Assembly: GCA_964035545.1 (NCBI GenBank)
Contig: OZ037767.1
Span: forward strand, 14,822,998 to 14,886,997
Direction: 5' to 3'
From: Bugula neritina
Lineage: Eukaryota > Animalia > Bryozoa
DNA length: 64,000 bases
The position numbers were made by a program, and so were the translations under genes. Within the stretch, counting starts at the first letter, position 1. Each line of letters starts with the position of its first letter. The notes beneath the pieces are model-generated. The model made no database searches, was not told the origin of the DNA, and worked only from the letters and a program-made list of their open reading frames with translations. Positions 1 through 13,900 of this stretch are shown here, piece by piece.

Positions 1-16
1 CGAGTTAACCCTGTGG

Positions 17-87
17 GCCTCATGGCGTAATGGTAGGCACACTTGCTTGCAAGCCAGAGGTCATGGGTTCGAATCCTAGTGGGAGCA
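17..87 (+). mobile_element. tRNA(Ala-TGC)-derived SINE / pseudo-tRNA, family A copy 1
   Basis: A-box-like TGGCGTAATGG, B box GGTTCGAATCC, CTTGCAAG anticodon-like region and a downstream T-run. Stems are imperfect. Three related copies occur in the window. Confidence 0.7.
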
Positions 88-1471
88 ATTATTTTTCAAT
101 TTGCATAACTATGTTGAGTTTTTGTTTAAAATTATTATAAACCATTACATACATTAGTTTAAAACAATTTGTTCTACTGGAAAATACATATTAGTAACAA
201 ATTTGATTTCCTGATTTACTAAATAAAACTGTTTAGACTTGAGATTTCATTTGTTGAGTTATGAGCTTTTAACTGGAACAGACTAAGCTGGGCTGTGGCT
301 TGTATTGATTTCGCAATCCAATATTTCACCAACTATATTTACCTGTTGGGCTGACACAGCAACATTGTGTCAGTGGCAGCATCTATTTTTCTCTCCAGGA
401 AAGTAGGTTTAATATGAAACTTAATCAAACTTATCTCGATATAATATGCTGAATTGAATGAGAATTTTAGATCAACTTTAATATTTTGTATCATATGAAT
501 ACAAAGTGGCATCTCTCAACAAGCTAGGCTCACTGTAATATATTAAATAGAAAACAAATTATTAGATGACTTCCATTATAGATTCTATAATAAGATATTA
601 ATTTGTATGCAGTCGTATATATATGAAGTATTATTTAAATGTTATTAAATTTATGATAAAATCAGTTGTTTCTGTACGCCAGGTGTGGTAGAGATAATTT
701 ATTAAGGTGTATTTATTTGTGACCAATAAATCAAGTAAGATTAATTTACTTGTGTATATTTTACAGCTATTCATATTTAAATCTTCTGTGTTTAAATTCA
801 TTCTAAAGTTTTTCCTACAAGCATATACAGGTCTAAGTACAGGCTGTGCTACAGACTATATTGATAAAATGTTAGGTTGAAAAGTGGAACTAGTGCCTTT
901 AAACAATGTCAGCTAATCGATGATAGTGGAAGCTAACAGCAGTCAATGTTCTGCTTTGTTTGTCATAATGGCAGTGATTTGTTTATCAAAACAGTTACTA
1001 TTGTATTCTACAAAAAGCAGACTGGGTTTAATTGCTTAATTTACCCTTTTATCTTTTCTACAAGCTTTGTATTATAGTATGTAATCTGCAAATATTTAAA
1101 TATATGTAATATCTTATTGATAAAAGCTGAGTAGAAAATTATGACATGATGTACAAGCATGCTATATAATTATGAAAATGTACTTGTGTATGCCTTAGAA
1201 ATGGCTAGCAGGATGAAGCTTGGAGCTACTAATAGCTTACTAATGCAGGAAAAATAGCTTGCGATCTATATCATCACCATCCTGGGGCACCATGACCCCC
1301 TTACAGCCAATTGCTTACAATTATTTGTAGCTATTATATATCAGAGTATGGGCTAAACAACTAAAACACATTGACAATTCTTTAGCACATGAACTGAGAA
1401 TAAATTACACAGAGTTGTTTAAATACAGAACTTTATAACTTTAGGTTACAAGGTCACAAGGTCACAACGAA

Positions 1472-4400
1472 ATGGATGCATTTGCAAGTAGACAAAGAGA
1501 AGAATTGTATGGGGACAAGAGGTATAAAGAAGGAGCACAACTCCGAGACCGTCTAACCGCCAGCCATGTACTGAGAGATGGAGAGTTCAACATTGAAAAG
1601 ACGTCTAGCAAGCCTGGCTTTCAGTGGAGTACAGTTACCTACGATGATTACAGGAGAACATTTCAGACTACGGGTCAAGGCAAACAGTACGATGAGAGCT
1701 ACAAGCAGGTCAGTTGGTGCAATTTATTAAATGTTTGAATTTAGATAGATTATTGATTAAATAGAGCAGTTGAGGAAAAATACATTGTCAGTCATTGTGG
1801 AATGACTTACAATTATAGAGTAATTTAACTATACTGTACATTATTAATTAATTTGTTTCAAAGATAAGTCTGTGATGTTAGCAATGAAACTATTCTTTGC
1901 AACACTGGCATAATTTATAATAAAACTTGAATCAATATAATATTTTCATTGCCAAATAGTATTAGTTTATATGCCATACTTAGAGTATGTACAATATTTA
2001 CCTCCCCTCCCACATGGAATTGTTCTAAAAGCGCCTCTGAGTTGAGGGTAACTGAGTGCAGCAGTCTGGAATTCTCGAATCTGCAGGTGGGGGTTTCAAG
2101 CTCCAACTTAAACCTTAACTTAAAACATGAGAATTCCAAATTATTGCACTCAGTCACCCCCAACTCAGAGCTGCTTCTAGAACGATTCCCACTCATCTCA
2201 ACACTCATTCCACATAGTTCTTTAAGACTCTACTGGCCCTTCAGTCTTCAGGCACCCATAACCTCTCAACTCCCTTGGAGTACTACTACTACACTTCACT
2301 AAAGGCCAAAATAGCTTATAAAAATATTTGCCCCCACCGGGATTCAAACCCGAGACTGCGGTTTGCAAACTGAGGAGCTAACCATTACACCTAGGGAACT
2401 ACTAGGTAATTTCCACACTATACACAGTACATTACTTTCTGATGCAGATGACAGGAAGTGACATACCTATCAAGTATGAAGGAATACCTCTCGACACGTA
2501 CTGTCATACGTCAATGAAGGACGCGTACGTAGATAAAGGAGTGAATCAAAAGGTAAACCAGCTTTCAGGCCTGCTATATAATATCACATACATTTATTGA
2601 TAAAATACAATATACATGTGTATACTCTATAATCTATAATATACTGTGAATTTTGTATATATATACTCGATTGTAATATAATATTACACTGAAGTATATA
2701 TACAAAATACAAAGTATTTAGCGTATACACATCATAATATGCAGAATATATATACTTCAATACAGTATGTTCAAGATAGTTCAAGAATCCCTGACACACT
2801 TTACTTATGCATTATTAAAATATTCATCTATATCTTAGCTATCATCTGATTATTAGTTCAGACAATTTTGTTTTATAATTAATTTTGTGCACACAGAATA
2901 ATAATATTGTAATACAGTATAATTTATATACTGTATAATAATATTATATACTGTTTTCTGCCTATATATCATACCATATATACACACATTCTACTGTATA
3001 TACTGTATATTGTATACTGTGTATATATTGTATGTACTCCATTTCAATTGCGTTTTTATTATTAAATGTAACATATTATATATCGTATATATAATCAATG
3101 CATAATGCATATATACAAATATTATAGCAGTGAAATACATTCATAAACTTGTATATTAAAAGTAACAGCTAGGTGTTCATTTACCAAAATTTGTAAAATT
3201 AAATTTACAAAAAATATAAAACTATTCGGCCAAACATAATAATCATTTAATTTTTCATTTGACTTAACATTCAATACGTGCATCACTCTGCTGTAGAGAG
3301 AATACATAGGACATAACCCCACTACCAACTGGCCGGATATGACCCCTGAACTGATTAAAGACAAGAAACTGGGTCATTCAGAATACAAAGAGCTGTATAT
3401 ACCAAGGGTGAGTAATTCGTTCCCCAAACCAGTCCTATAAACCATAGCTTTAAATTAGTTAGCATGAGTTTGCATTCAATTTTCATGACGCATGTGTGAC
3501 AATAAACTGAATTTTTACTACAACTAGTATAATCAAATACTGTAAACTTACATTAATTATCTCACAAATATGCCGTGTTTATATATATATATATATATAT
3601 ATAATTATTACATTAATCCTTATACAACAAAGCTATTTGAGTATATATTTTGTAACATACAATTTCAAACATGTAAAATTTAAAGGCTTTTTGGCTAAAA
3701 ACAAGGAGTTATATTCTCATTCCCTGTTACCAAGTTTTGACTGCCCCATTTATTGTATTTATAGGAGGATGTAGAATTACAAAGACCACAGTATGCAAAG
3801 ATAAAGACTAGCAATGTGAAGCTACCCTTACCTTTTGATGAGAAAAAACACAAAATTAATGTAAAATTAGGCTCAGAACCTAAACTAGAAGGAGGGTAGG
3901 TATAGATACTAGTCTCTCAATAAAGCTTTAGAACCTGTATAGAGAAGTTAGCTTCTTTACTTTCACTGTTTGTTATTATGATACCTATGTTTGTCTTGAG
4001 TTACCTAAAGTGAACATTGATCTCAGTCAATGATAAATACATGAGGGCATAACTTCTATGTAGTCAGTTTATAAGGGAACATAACTGCTATGTAGTCAGT
4101 TTATAAGGGGACATAACTGCTATGTAGTCAGTTTATAAGGGAACATAACTACCATTCAGTAAATGAATGAGGGAACATAAATACTATGCAGTATACCTAC
4201 ATGGGGGCATAACTACCAAATAATATGTTTATACATGTAAAGAGGAGATAGCTACTAATAAACATATCTATATGGGGACATAACTACCACATAGTATGTT
4301 AATCATATTATTGAGACATAACTGCTATCCAGTATATCCACAAAGGGCATAATTACTGTGTAAATAGTCGATATGAGATATAATTACTGTATATTAGTAT

Positions 4401-4607
4401 CGAGCTGTGTAACCAAGTAACTATACTATTGATAACTAGATTTGACCTTGACATTTAACCTCATGGTTGCAGGGTTCAAAGTGAGGCGAGCAGCCAGTTT
4501 CTTCAGACAACTCCAAAGAGGTATGATGGAGCAGGAATTAGAAGAATGAAAGAACAAATGGAATGGAATTCTAGTGTCTTGCAACATGGAGATTATAATA
4601 ATGAAGG

Positions 4608-4665
<58 letters not shown>

Positions 4666-4901
4666 GTGTATAGTTTACCACTAAAGAGAGCTCAATGCAG
4701 TGCAGAGCAGAGTAAATAAAAGTAATGAACGATAAAATTTGATTTAAAACACTTTATTACTACTAGTTTCATGTGCATAGAATGTACACAATCTTCAGAT
4801 AAAATGTTAAGATGTAACATTTTATCTGAAGATTGTGTACATTCTATGCACATGAAACTAGTAGTAATAAAGTGTTTTAGATAAAATTTTATCGTTCATT
4901 A

Positions 4902-4959
<58 letters not shown>

Positions 4960-7900
4960 TTGGTGTGCGTGCGTTTGTGTATAAACAGTTTGTATGCATT
5001 ATTGCATGTACCTATAGACATAGTTAGCTATCAGACTTTAAATGTTTTATTTTTTGTGCATAAGATTTCAAGCAATATTTTTTATTTGAGGAATTTGAAA
5101 ATCATTTAGAAATATAAAAAATAGAATCACTATATTTGCAGATGACAAGCTTGCCCACACCCTCTTTCAAACTGATTTTGGGAAAAAAGCAAAAACGGAA
5201 CCTCTTAACTGGCCTACGTAAGTGCGGATCAACATATTATCTTACATTAAAATGTATCCTACATCACAACATGTCTATATGTGACAAAATACCATGCTAT
5301 ATTTATTTGTTTTATTATCAAGGAGTAATAACTCCGAACAACAATTAGATGCCACCATACAGCAACAGCTACATTTTATGCCTAAACTGATAGAAAGCTC
5401 CATGAGCTCCGATACGGCACGCAGAGATGGTGAAGATGGTAAAAAATACCACATCAAGGCTCATTTCCATGTAAGAACAAAAAATATGTGTTTTGCTTGA
5501 CGACTCATGTTAGAATTATGAGTGATGTCATTACTAAGAATAGTGCCTGTCACAAAAGTTGGAATTTTTATTAAAAATCTGAAAATAGCTGAGATTTGGT
5601 GATTTGACATAGTATTGGTTTTAGTTTCATACCTCAGTAGATAGTAATGTATGCTAGTATGATATCTCAGTATATAGTAATGTATGCTAGTATGATATCT
5701 CAGTAGATAGTAATGTGTGCTAGTATGATATCTCAGTAGATAGTAATGTATGCTAGTATGATATCTCAGTAGATAGTAATGTATGCTAGTATGATATCTC
5801 AGTAGATAGTAATGTGTGCTAGTATGATATCTCAGTATATAGTAATGTATGCTAGTATGATATCTCAGTAGACAGTAATGTATGCTAGTATGATATCTCA
5901 GTAGATAGTAATGTGTGCTAGTATGATATATCAGTAGATAGTAATGTGTGCTAGTATGATATCTCAGTAGATAGTAATGTATGCTAGTATGATATCTCAG
6001 TAGATAGTAATGTATGCTAGTATGATATCTCAGTAGATAGTAATGTGTGCTAGTATGATATCTCAGTATATAGTAATGTGTGCTAGTATGATATCTCAGT
6101 AGATAGTAATGTATGCTAGTATGATATCTCAGTAGATAGTAATGTATGCTAGTATGATATCTCAGTAGATAGTAATGTATGCTAGTATGATATCTCAGTA
6201 GATAGTAATGTGTGCTAGTATATCTCAGTAGACAGTAGTGTATGCTAGTATGATATCTCAGTAGATAGTAATGTATGCTAGTATGATACCTCAGTAGATA
6301 GTAATGTATGCTAGTATGATATCTCAGTATATAGTAATGTATGCTAGTATGATATCTCAGTAGATAGTAATGTGTGTTAATATGATATCTCAGTATATAG
6401 TAATGTGTGCTAGTATGATATATCAGTAGATAGTAATGTATGCTAGTATGATATCTCAGTATATAGTAATGTATGCTAGTATGATACCTCAGTAGATAGT
6501 AATGTATGCTAGTATGATATCTCAGTATATAGTAATGTATGCTAGTATGATATCTCAGTAGATAGTAATGTGTGTTAATATGATATCTCAGTATATAGTA
6601 ATGTATGCTAGTATGATATCTCAGTAGATAGTAATGTATGCTAGTATGATATCTCAGTATATAGTAATGTATGCTAGTATGATATCTCAGTAGATAGTAA
6701 TGTGTGTTAATATGATATCTCAGTATATAGTAATGTGTGCTAGTATGATATCTCAGTAGATAGTAATGTATGCTAGTATGATATCTCAGTAGATAGTAAT
6801 GTGTGTTAGTATGATATCTCAGTAGATAGTAATGTATGCTAGTATGATATCTCAGTAGACAGTAATGTATGCTAGTATGATATCTCAGTAGATAGTAATG
6901 TGTGCTAGTATGATATCTCAGTAGACAGTAATGTGTGCTAGTATGATATCTTAGTAGATAGTAGTGTGTGCTAGTATGATATCTCAGTAGATAGTAATGT
7001 ATGCTAGTATGATATCTCAGTAGATAGTAATGTATGCTAGTATGATATCTCAGTAGATAGTAATGTATGCTAGTATGATATCTCAGTAGACAGTAATGTG
7101 TGCTAGTATGATATCTCTGTAGATAGTAATGTGTGTTAGTATGATATCTCAGTAGATAGTAATGTATGCTAGTATGATATCTCAGTAGATAGTAATGTAT
7201 GCTAGTATGATATCTCAGTAGATAGTAATGTATGCTAGTATGATATCTCTGTAGATAGTAATGTGTGCTAGTATGATATCTCAGTAGATAGTAATGTATG
7301 CTAGTATGATATCTCAGTAGACAGTAATGTATGCTAGTATGATATCTCAGTAGATAGTAATGTATGCTAGTATATCTCAGTAGATAGTAATGTATGCTAG
7401 TATGATATCTCAGTAGATAGTAATGTGTGCTAGTATGATATCTCAGTAGATAGTAATGTATGCTAGTGTGATATCTCAGTATATAGTAATGTATGCTAGT
7501 ATGATATCTCAGTATATAGTAATGTGTGCTAGTATGATATCTCAGTAGATAGTAATGTGTGCTAGTATGATATCTCAGTAGACAGTAATGTGTGCTAGTA
7601 TGATATCTCAGTATATAGTAATGTATGCTAGTATGATATCTCAGTACATAGTAATGTGTGCTAGTATGATATCTCAGTAGATAGTAATGTATGCTAGTAT
7701 ATCTCAGTAGATAGTAATGTATGCTAGTATGATATCTCAGTAGACAGTAATGTATGCTAGTATGATATCTTAGTAGATAGTAATGTATGCTAGTATGATA
7801 TCTCAGTAGATAGTAATGTGTGCTAGTATGATATCTCAGTAGATAGTAATGTGTGCTAGTGTGATATCTCAGTAGATAGTAATGTATGCTAGTATGATAT

Positions 7901-10900
7901 CTCAGTAGATAGTAATGTATGCTAGTATGATATCTCAGTAGACAGTAATGTATGCTAGTATGATATCTCAGTAGACAGTAATATATGCTAGTATGATATC
8001 TCTGTAGATAGTAATGTGTGCTAGTATGATATCTCAGTAGATAGTAATGTATGCTAGTATGATATCTCAGTAGATAGTAGTGTGTGCTAGTATGATATCT
8101 CAGTAGATAGTAATGTATGCTAGTATGATATCTCAGTATATAGTAATGTATGCTAGTATGATATCTCAGTAGATAGTAATGTATGCTAGTATGATATCTC
8201 AGTAGATAGTAGTGTGTGCTAGTATGATATCTCAGTAGATAGTAATGTATGCTAGTATGATATCTCAGTATATAGTAATGTATGCTAGTATGATATCTCA
8301 GTAGATAGTAATGTATGCTAGTATGATATCTCTGTAGATAGTAATGTGTGTTAGTATGATATCTCAGTAGATAGTAATGTATGCTAGTATGATATCTCAG
8401 TAGATAGTAATGTATGCTAGTATGATATCTCTGTAGATAGTAATGTGTGCTAGTATGATATCTCAGTAGATAGTAATGTATGCTAGTATGATATCTCAGT
8501 AGACAGTAATGTATGCTAGTATGATATCTCAGTAGATAGTAATGTATGCTAGTATATCTCAGTAGATAGTAATGTATGCTAGTATGATATCTCAGTAGAT
8601 AGTAATGTGTGCTAGTATGATATCTCAGTAGATAGTAATGTATGCTAGTGTGATATCTCAGTATATAGTAATGTATGCTAGTATGATATCTCAGTATATA
8701 GTAATGTGTGCTAGTATATCTCAGTAGATAGTAGTGTATGTTAGTGTGATATCTCAGTATATAGTAATGTATGCTAGTATGATATCTCAGTAGACAGTAA
8801 TGTATGCTAGTATGATATCTCAGTAGATAGTAATGTATGCTAGTATGATATCTCAGTAGATAGTAATGTATGCTAGTATGATATCTCAGTAGATAGTAAT
8901 GTATGCTAGTATGATATCTCAGTAGACAGTAATGTATGCTAGTATGATATCTCAGTAGATAGTAATGTATGCTAGTATGATATCTCAGTAGATAGTAATG
9001 TATGCTAGTATGATATCTCAGTAGATAGTAATGTGTGCTAGTATATCTCAGTAGACAGTAGTGTATGCTAGTATGATATCTCAGTAGATAGTAATGTATG
9101 CTAGTATGATACCTCAGTATATAGTAATGTATGCTAGTATGATATCTCAGTAGATAGTAATGTGTGTTAATATGATATCTCAGTAGATAGTAATGTATGC
9201 TAGTATGATATCTCAGTAGACAGTAATGTATGCTAGTATGATATCTCAGTAGATAGTAATGTGTGCTAGTATGATATCTCAGTAGACAGTAATGTGTGCT
9301 AGTATGATATCTTAGTAGATAGTAGTGTGTGCTAGTATGATATCTCAGTAGATAGTAATGTATGCTAGTATGATATCTCAGTAGATAGTAATGTATGCTA
9401 GTATGATATCTCAGTAGATAGTAATGTATGCTAGTATGATATCTCAGTAGACAGTAATGTGTGCTAGTATGATATCTCTGTAGATAGTAATGTGTGTTAG
9501 TATGATATCTCAGTAGATAGTAATGTATGCTAGTATGATATCTCAGTAGATAGTAATGTATGCTAGTATGATATCTCAGTAGATAGTAATGTATGCTAGT
9601 ATGATATCTCAGTAGATAGTAATGTGTGCTAGTATGATATCTCAGTAGATAGTAATGTATGCTAGTATGATATCTCAGTAGATAGTAATGTATGCTAGTA
9701 TATCTCAGTAGATAGTAATGTATGCTAGTATGATATCTCAGTAGATAGTAATGTGTGCTAGTATGATATCTCAGTAGATAGTAATGTATGCTAGTGTGAT
9801 ATCTCAGTATATAGTAATGTATGCTAGTATGATATCTCAGTATATAGTAATGTGTGCTAGTATGATATCTCAGTAGATAGTAATGTGTGCTAGTATGATA
9901 TCTCAGTAGACAGTAATGTGTGCTAGTATGATATCTCAGTATATAGTAATGTATGCTAGTATGATATCTCAGTAGATAGTAATGTGTGCTAGTATGATAT
10001 CTCAGTAGATAGTAATGTATGCTAGTATATCTCAGTAGATAGTAATGTATGCTAGTATGATATCTCAGTAGACAGTAATGTATGCTAGTATGATATCTTA
10101 GTAGATAGTAATGTATGCTAGTATGATATCTCAGTAGATAGTAATGTGTGCTAGTATGATATCTCAGTAGATAGTAATGTGTGCTAGTGTGATATCTCAG
10201 TAGATAGTAATGTATGCTAGTATGATATCTCAGTAGATAGTAATGTATGCTAGTATGATATCTCAGTAGACAGTAATGTATGCTAGTATGATATCTCAGT
10301 AGACAGTAATATATGCTAGTATGATATCTCTGTAGATAGTAATGTGTGCTAGTATGATATCTCAGTAGATAGTAATGTATGCTAGTATGATATCTCAGTA
10401 GATAGTAGTGTGTGCTAGTATGATATCTCAGTAGATAGTAATGTATGCTAGTATGATATCTCAGTATATAGTAATGTATGCTAGTATGATATCTCAGTAG
10501 ATAGTAATGTATGCTAGTATGATATCTCAGTAGATAGTAGTGTGTGCTAGTATGATATCTCAGTAGATAGTAATGTATGCTAGTATGATATCTCAGTATA
10601 TAGTAATGTATGCTAGTATGATATCTCAGTAGATAGTAATGTATGCTAGTATGATATCTCTGTAGATAGTAATGTGTGTTAGTATGATATCTCAGTAGAT
10701 AGTAATGTATGCTAGTATGATATCTCAGTAGATAGTAATGTATGCTAGTATGATATCTCTGTAGATAGTAATGTGTGCTAGTATGATATCTCAGTAGATA
10801 GTAATGTATGCTAGTATGATATCTCAGTAGACAGTAATGTATGCTAGTATGATATCTCAGTAGATAGTAATGTATGCTAGTATATCTCAGTAGATAGTAA

Positions 10901-13900
10901 TGTATGCTAGTATGATATCTCAGTAGATAGTAATGTGTGCTAGTATGATATCTCAGTAGATAGTAATGTATGCTAGTGTGATATCTCAGTATATAGTAAT
11001 GTATGCTAGTATGATATCTCAGTATATAGTAATGTGTGCTAGTATATCTCAGTAGATAGTAGTGTATGTTAGTGTGATATCTCAGTATATAGTAATGTAT
11101 GCTAGTATGATATCTCAGTAGACAGTAATGTATGCTAGTATGATATCTCAGTAGATAGTAATGTATGCTAGTATGATATCTCAATAGATAGTAATGTATG
11201 CTAGTATGATATCTCAGTAGATAGTAATGTATGCTAGTATGATATCTCAGTAGACAGTAATGTATGCTAGTATGATATCTCAGTAGATAGTAATGTATGC
11301 TAGTATGATATCTCAGTAGATAGTAGTGTATGCTAGTATGATATCTCAGTAGATAGTAATGTATGCTAGTATGATATCTCAGTAGATAGTAGTGTATGCT
11401 AGTATGATATCTCAGTAGATAGTAATGTATGCTAGTATGATATCTCAGTAGATAGTAGTGTATGCTAGTATGATATCTCAGTAGATAGTAATGTATGCTA
11501 GTATGATATCTCAGTAGATAGTAATGTATGCTAGTATATCTCAGTAGATAGTAATGTATGCTGGTATGATATCTCAGTAGATAGTAATGTATGCTAGTAT
11601 GATATCTCAGTAGATAGTAATGTATGCTAGTATATCTCAGTAGATAGTAATGTGTGCTAGTATGATATCTCAGTAGATAGTAATGTATGCTAGTATGATA
11701 TCTCAGTAGATAGTAATGTATGCTAGTATGATATCTCAGTAGATAGTAATGTGTGCTAGTATGATATCTCAGTAGATAGTAATGTATGCTAGTATGATAT
11801 CTCAGTAGATAGTAATGTATGCTAGTATGATATCTCAGTAGATAGTAATGTATGCTAGTATGATATCTCAGTAGATAGTAATGTATGCTAGTATGATATC
11901 TCAGTATATAGTAATGTATGCTAGTATGATATCTCAGTAGACAGTAATATGTGCTAGTATGATATCTCAGTAGATAGTAATGTGTGCTAGTACGATATCT
12001 CAGTAGATACTAATGTATGCTAGTATATCTCAGTAGATAGTAATGTATGCTAGTATGATATCTCAGTAGATAGTAATGTGTGCTAGTATGATATCTCTGT
12101 AGAAAGTAATGTATGCTAGTATGATATCTCAGTATATAGTAATGTATGCTAGTATGATATCTCAGTATATAGTAATGTATGCTAGTATGATATCTCAGTA
12201 GACAGTAATGTGTGCTAGTATGATATCTCAGTATATAGTAATGTGTGCTAGTATGATATCTCAGTATATAGTAATGTGTGCTAGTATGATATCTCAGTAG
12301 ATAGTAATGTATGCTAGTATGATATCTCAGTAGACAGTAATGTGTGCTAGTATGATATCTCAGTAGATAGTAATGTATGCTAGTATGATATCTCAGTAGA
12401 CAGTAATGTATGCTAGTATGATATCTCAGTAGATAGTAATGTATGCTAGTATATCTCAGTAGATAGTAATGTATGCTAGTATGATATCTCAGTAGATAGT
12501 AATGTGTGCTAGTATGATATCTCAGTAGATAGTAATGTATGCTAGTGTGATATCTCAGTATATAGTAATGTATGCTAGTATGATATCTCAGTATATAGTA
12601 ATGTGTGCTAGTATATCTCAGTAGATAGTAGTGTATGTTAGTGTGATATCTCAGTATATAGTAATGTATGCTAGTATGATATCTCAGTAGACAGTAATGT
12701 ATGCTAGTATGATATCTCAGTAGATAGTAATGTATGCTAGTATGATATCTCAGTAGATAGTAATGTATGCTAGTATGATATCTCAGTAGATAGTAATGTA
12801 TGCTAGTATGATATCTCAGTAGACAGTAATGTATGCTAGTATGATATCTCAGTAGATAGTAATGTATGCTAGTATGATATCTCAGTAGATAGTAGTGTAT
12901 GCTAGTATGATATCTCAGTAGATAGTAATGTATGCTAGTATGATATCTCAGTAGATAGTAGTGTATGCTAGTATGATATCTCAGTAGATAGTAATGTATG
13001 CTAGTATGATATCTCAGTAGATAGTAGTGTATGCTAGTATGATATCTCAGTAAATAGTAATGTATGCTAGTATGATATCTCAGTAGATAGTAATGTATGC
13101 TAGTATATCTCAGTAGATAGTAATGTATGCTAGTATGATATCTCAGTAGATAGTAATGTATGCTAGTATGATATCTCAGTAGATAGTAATGTATGCTAGT
13201 ACATCTCAGTAGATAGTAATGTGTGCTAGTATGATATCTCAGTAGACAGTAATGTATGCTAGTATGATATCTCAGTAGATAGTAATGTATGCTAGTATGA
13301 TATCTCAGTAGATAGTAATGTGTGCTAGTATGATATCTCAGTAGATAGTAATGTATGCTAGTATGATATCTCAGTAGATAGTAATGTATGCTAGTATGAT
13401 ATCTCAGTAGATAGTAATGTATGCTAGTATGATATCTCAGTATATAGTAATGTATGCTAGTATGATATCTCAGTAGACAGTAATATATGCTAGTATGATA
13501 TCTCAGTAGATAGTAATGTGTGCTAGTACGATATCTCAGTAGATACTAATGTATGCTAGTATATCTCAGTAGATAGTAATGTATGCTAGTATGATATCTC
13601 AGTAGATAGTAATGTGTGCTAGTATGATATCTCTGTAGAAAGTAATGTATGCTAGTATGATATCTCAGTATATAGTAATGTATGCTAGTATGATATCTCA
13701 GTATATAGTAATGTATGCTAGTATGATATCTCAGTATATAGTAATGTGTGCTAGTATGATATCTCAGTAGATAGTAATCTATGCTAGTATGATATCTCAG
13801 TAGATAGTAATGTATGCTAGTATGATATCTCAGTAGATAGTAATGTATGCTAGTATGAAAGTCGTCCCTGATAATACGGTCGGTAATTATAGCTGGGTAG

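Larger units (their letters stand above)
4716..4908. mobile_element. 94-bp inverted repeat between (TA)n tracts; probable Penelope-like element terminal-repeat remnant
   Basis: Arms 4716-4809 and 4815-4908 differ at about 2 positions, with a 5-nt spacer. Each arm holds a hammerhead motif. TA microsatellites flank both sides. Confidence 0.7.

Noticed and set aside
5461-11184. 1907-aa ORF as a real protein-coding gene
   Set aside because: It is the translation of a 33-bp satellite, antisense within an intron, with a TTG start and no exon or promoter context.
5628-13858. CRISPR array
   Set aside because: The units are contiguous with no unique spacers, the context is eukaryotic, and there are no cas genes.
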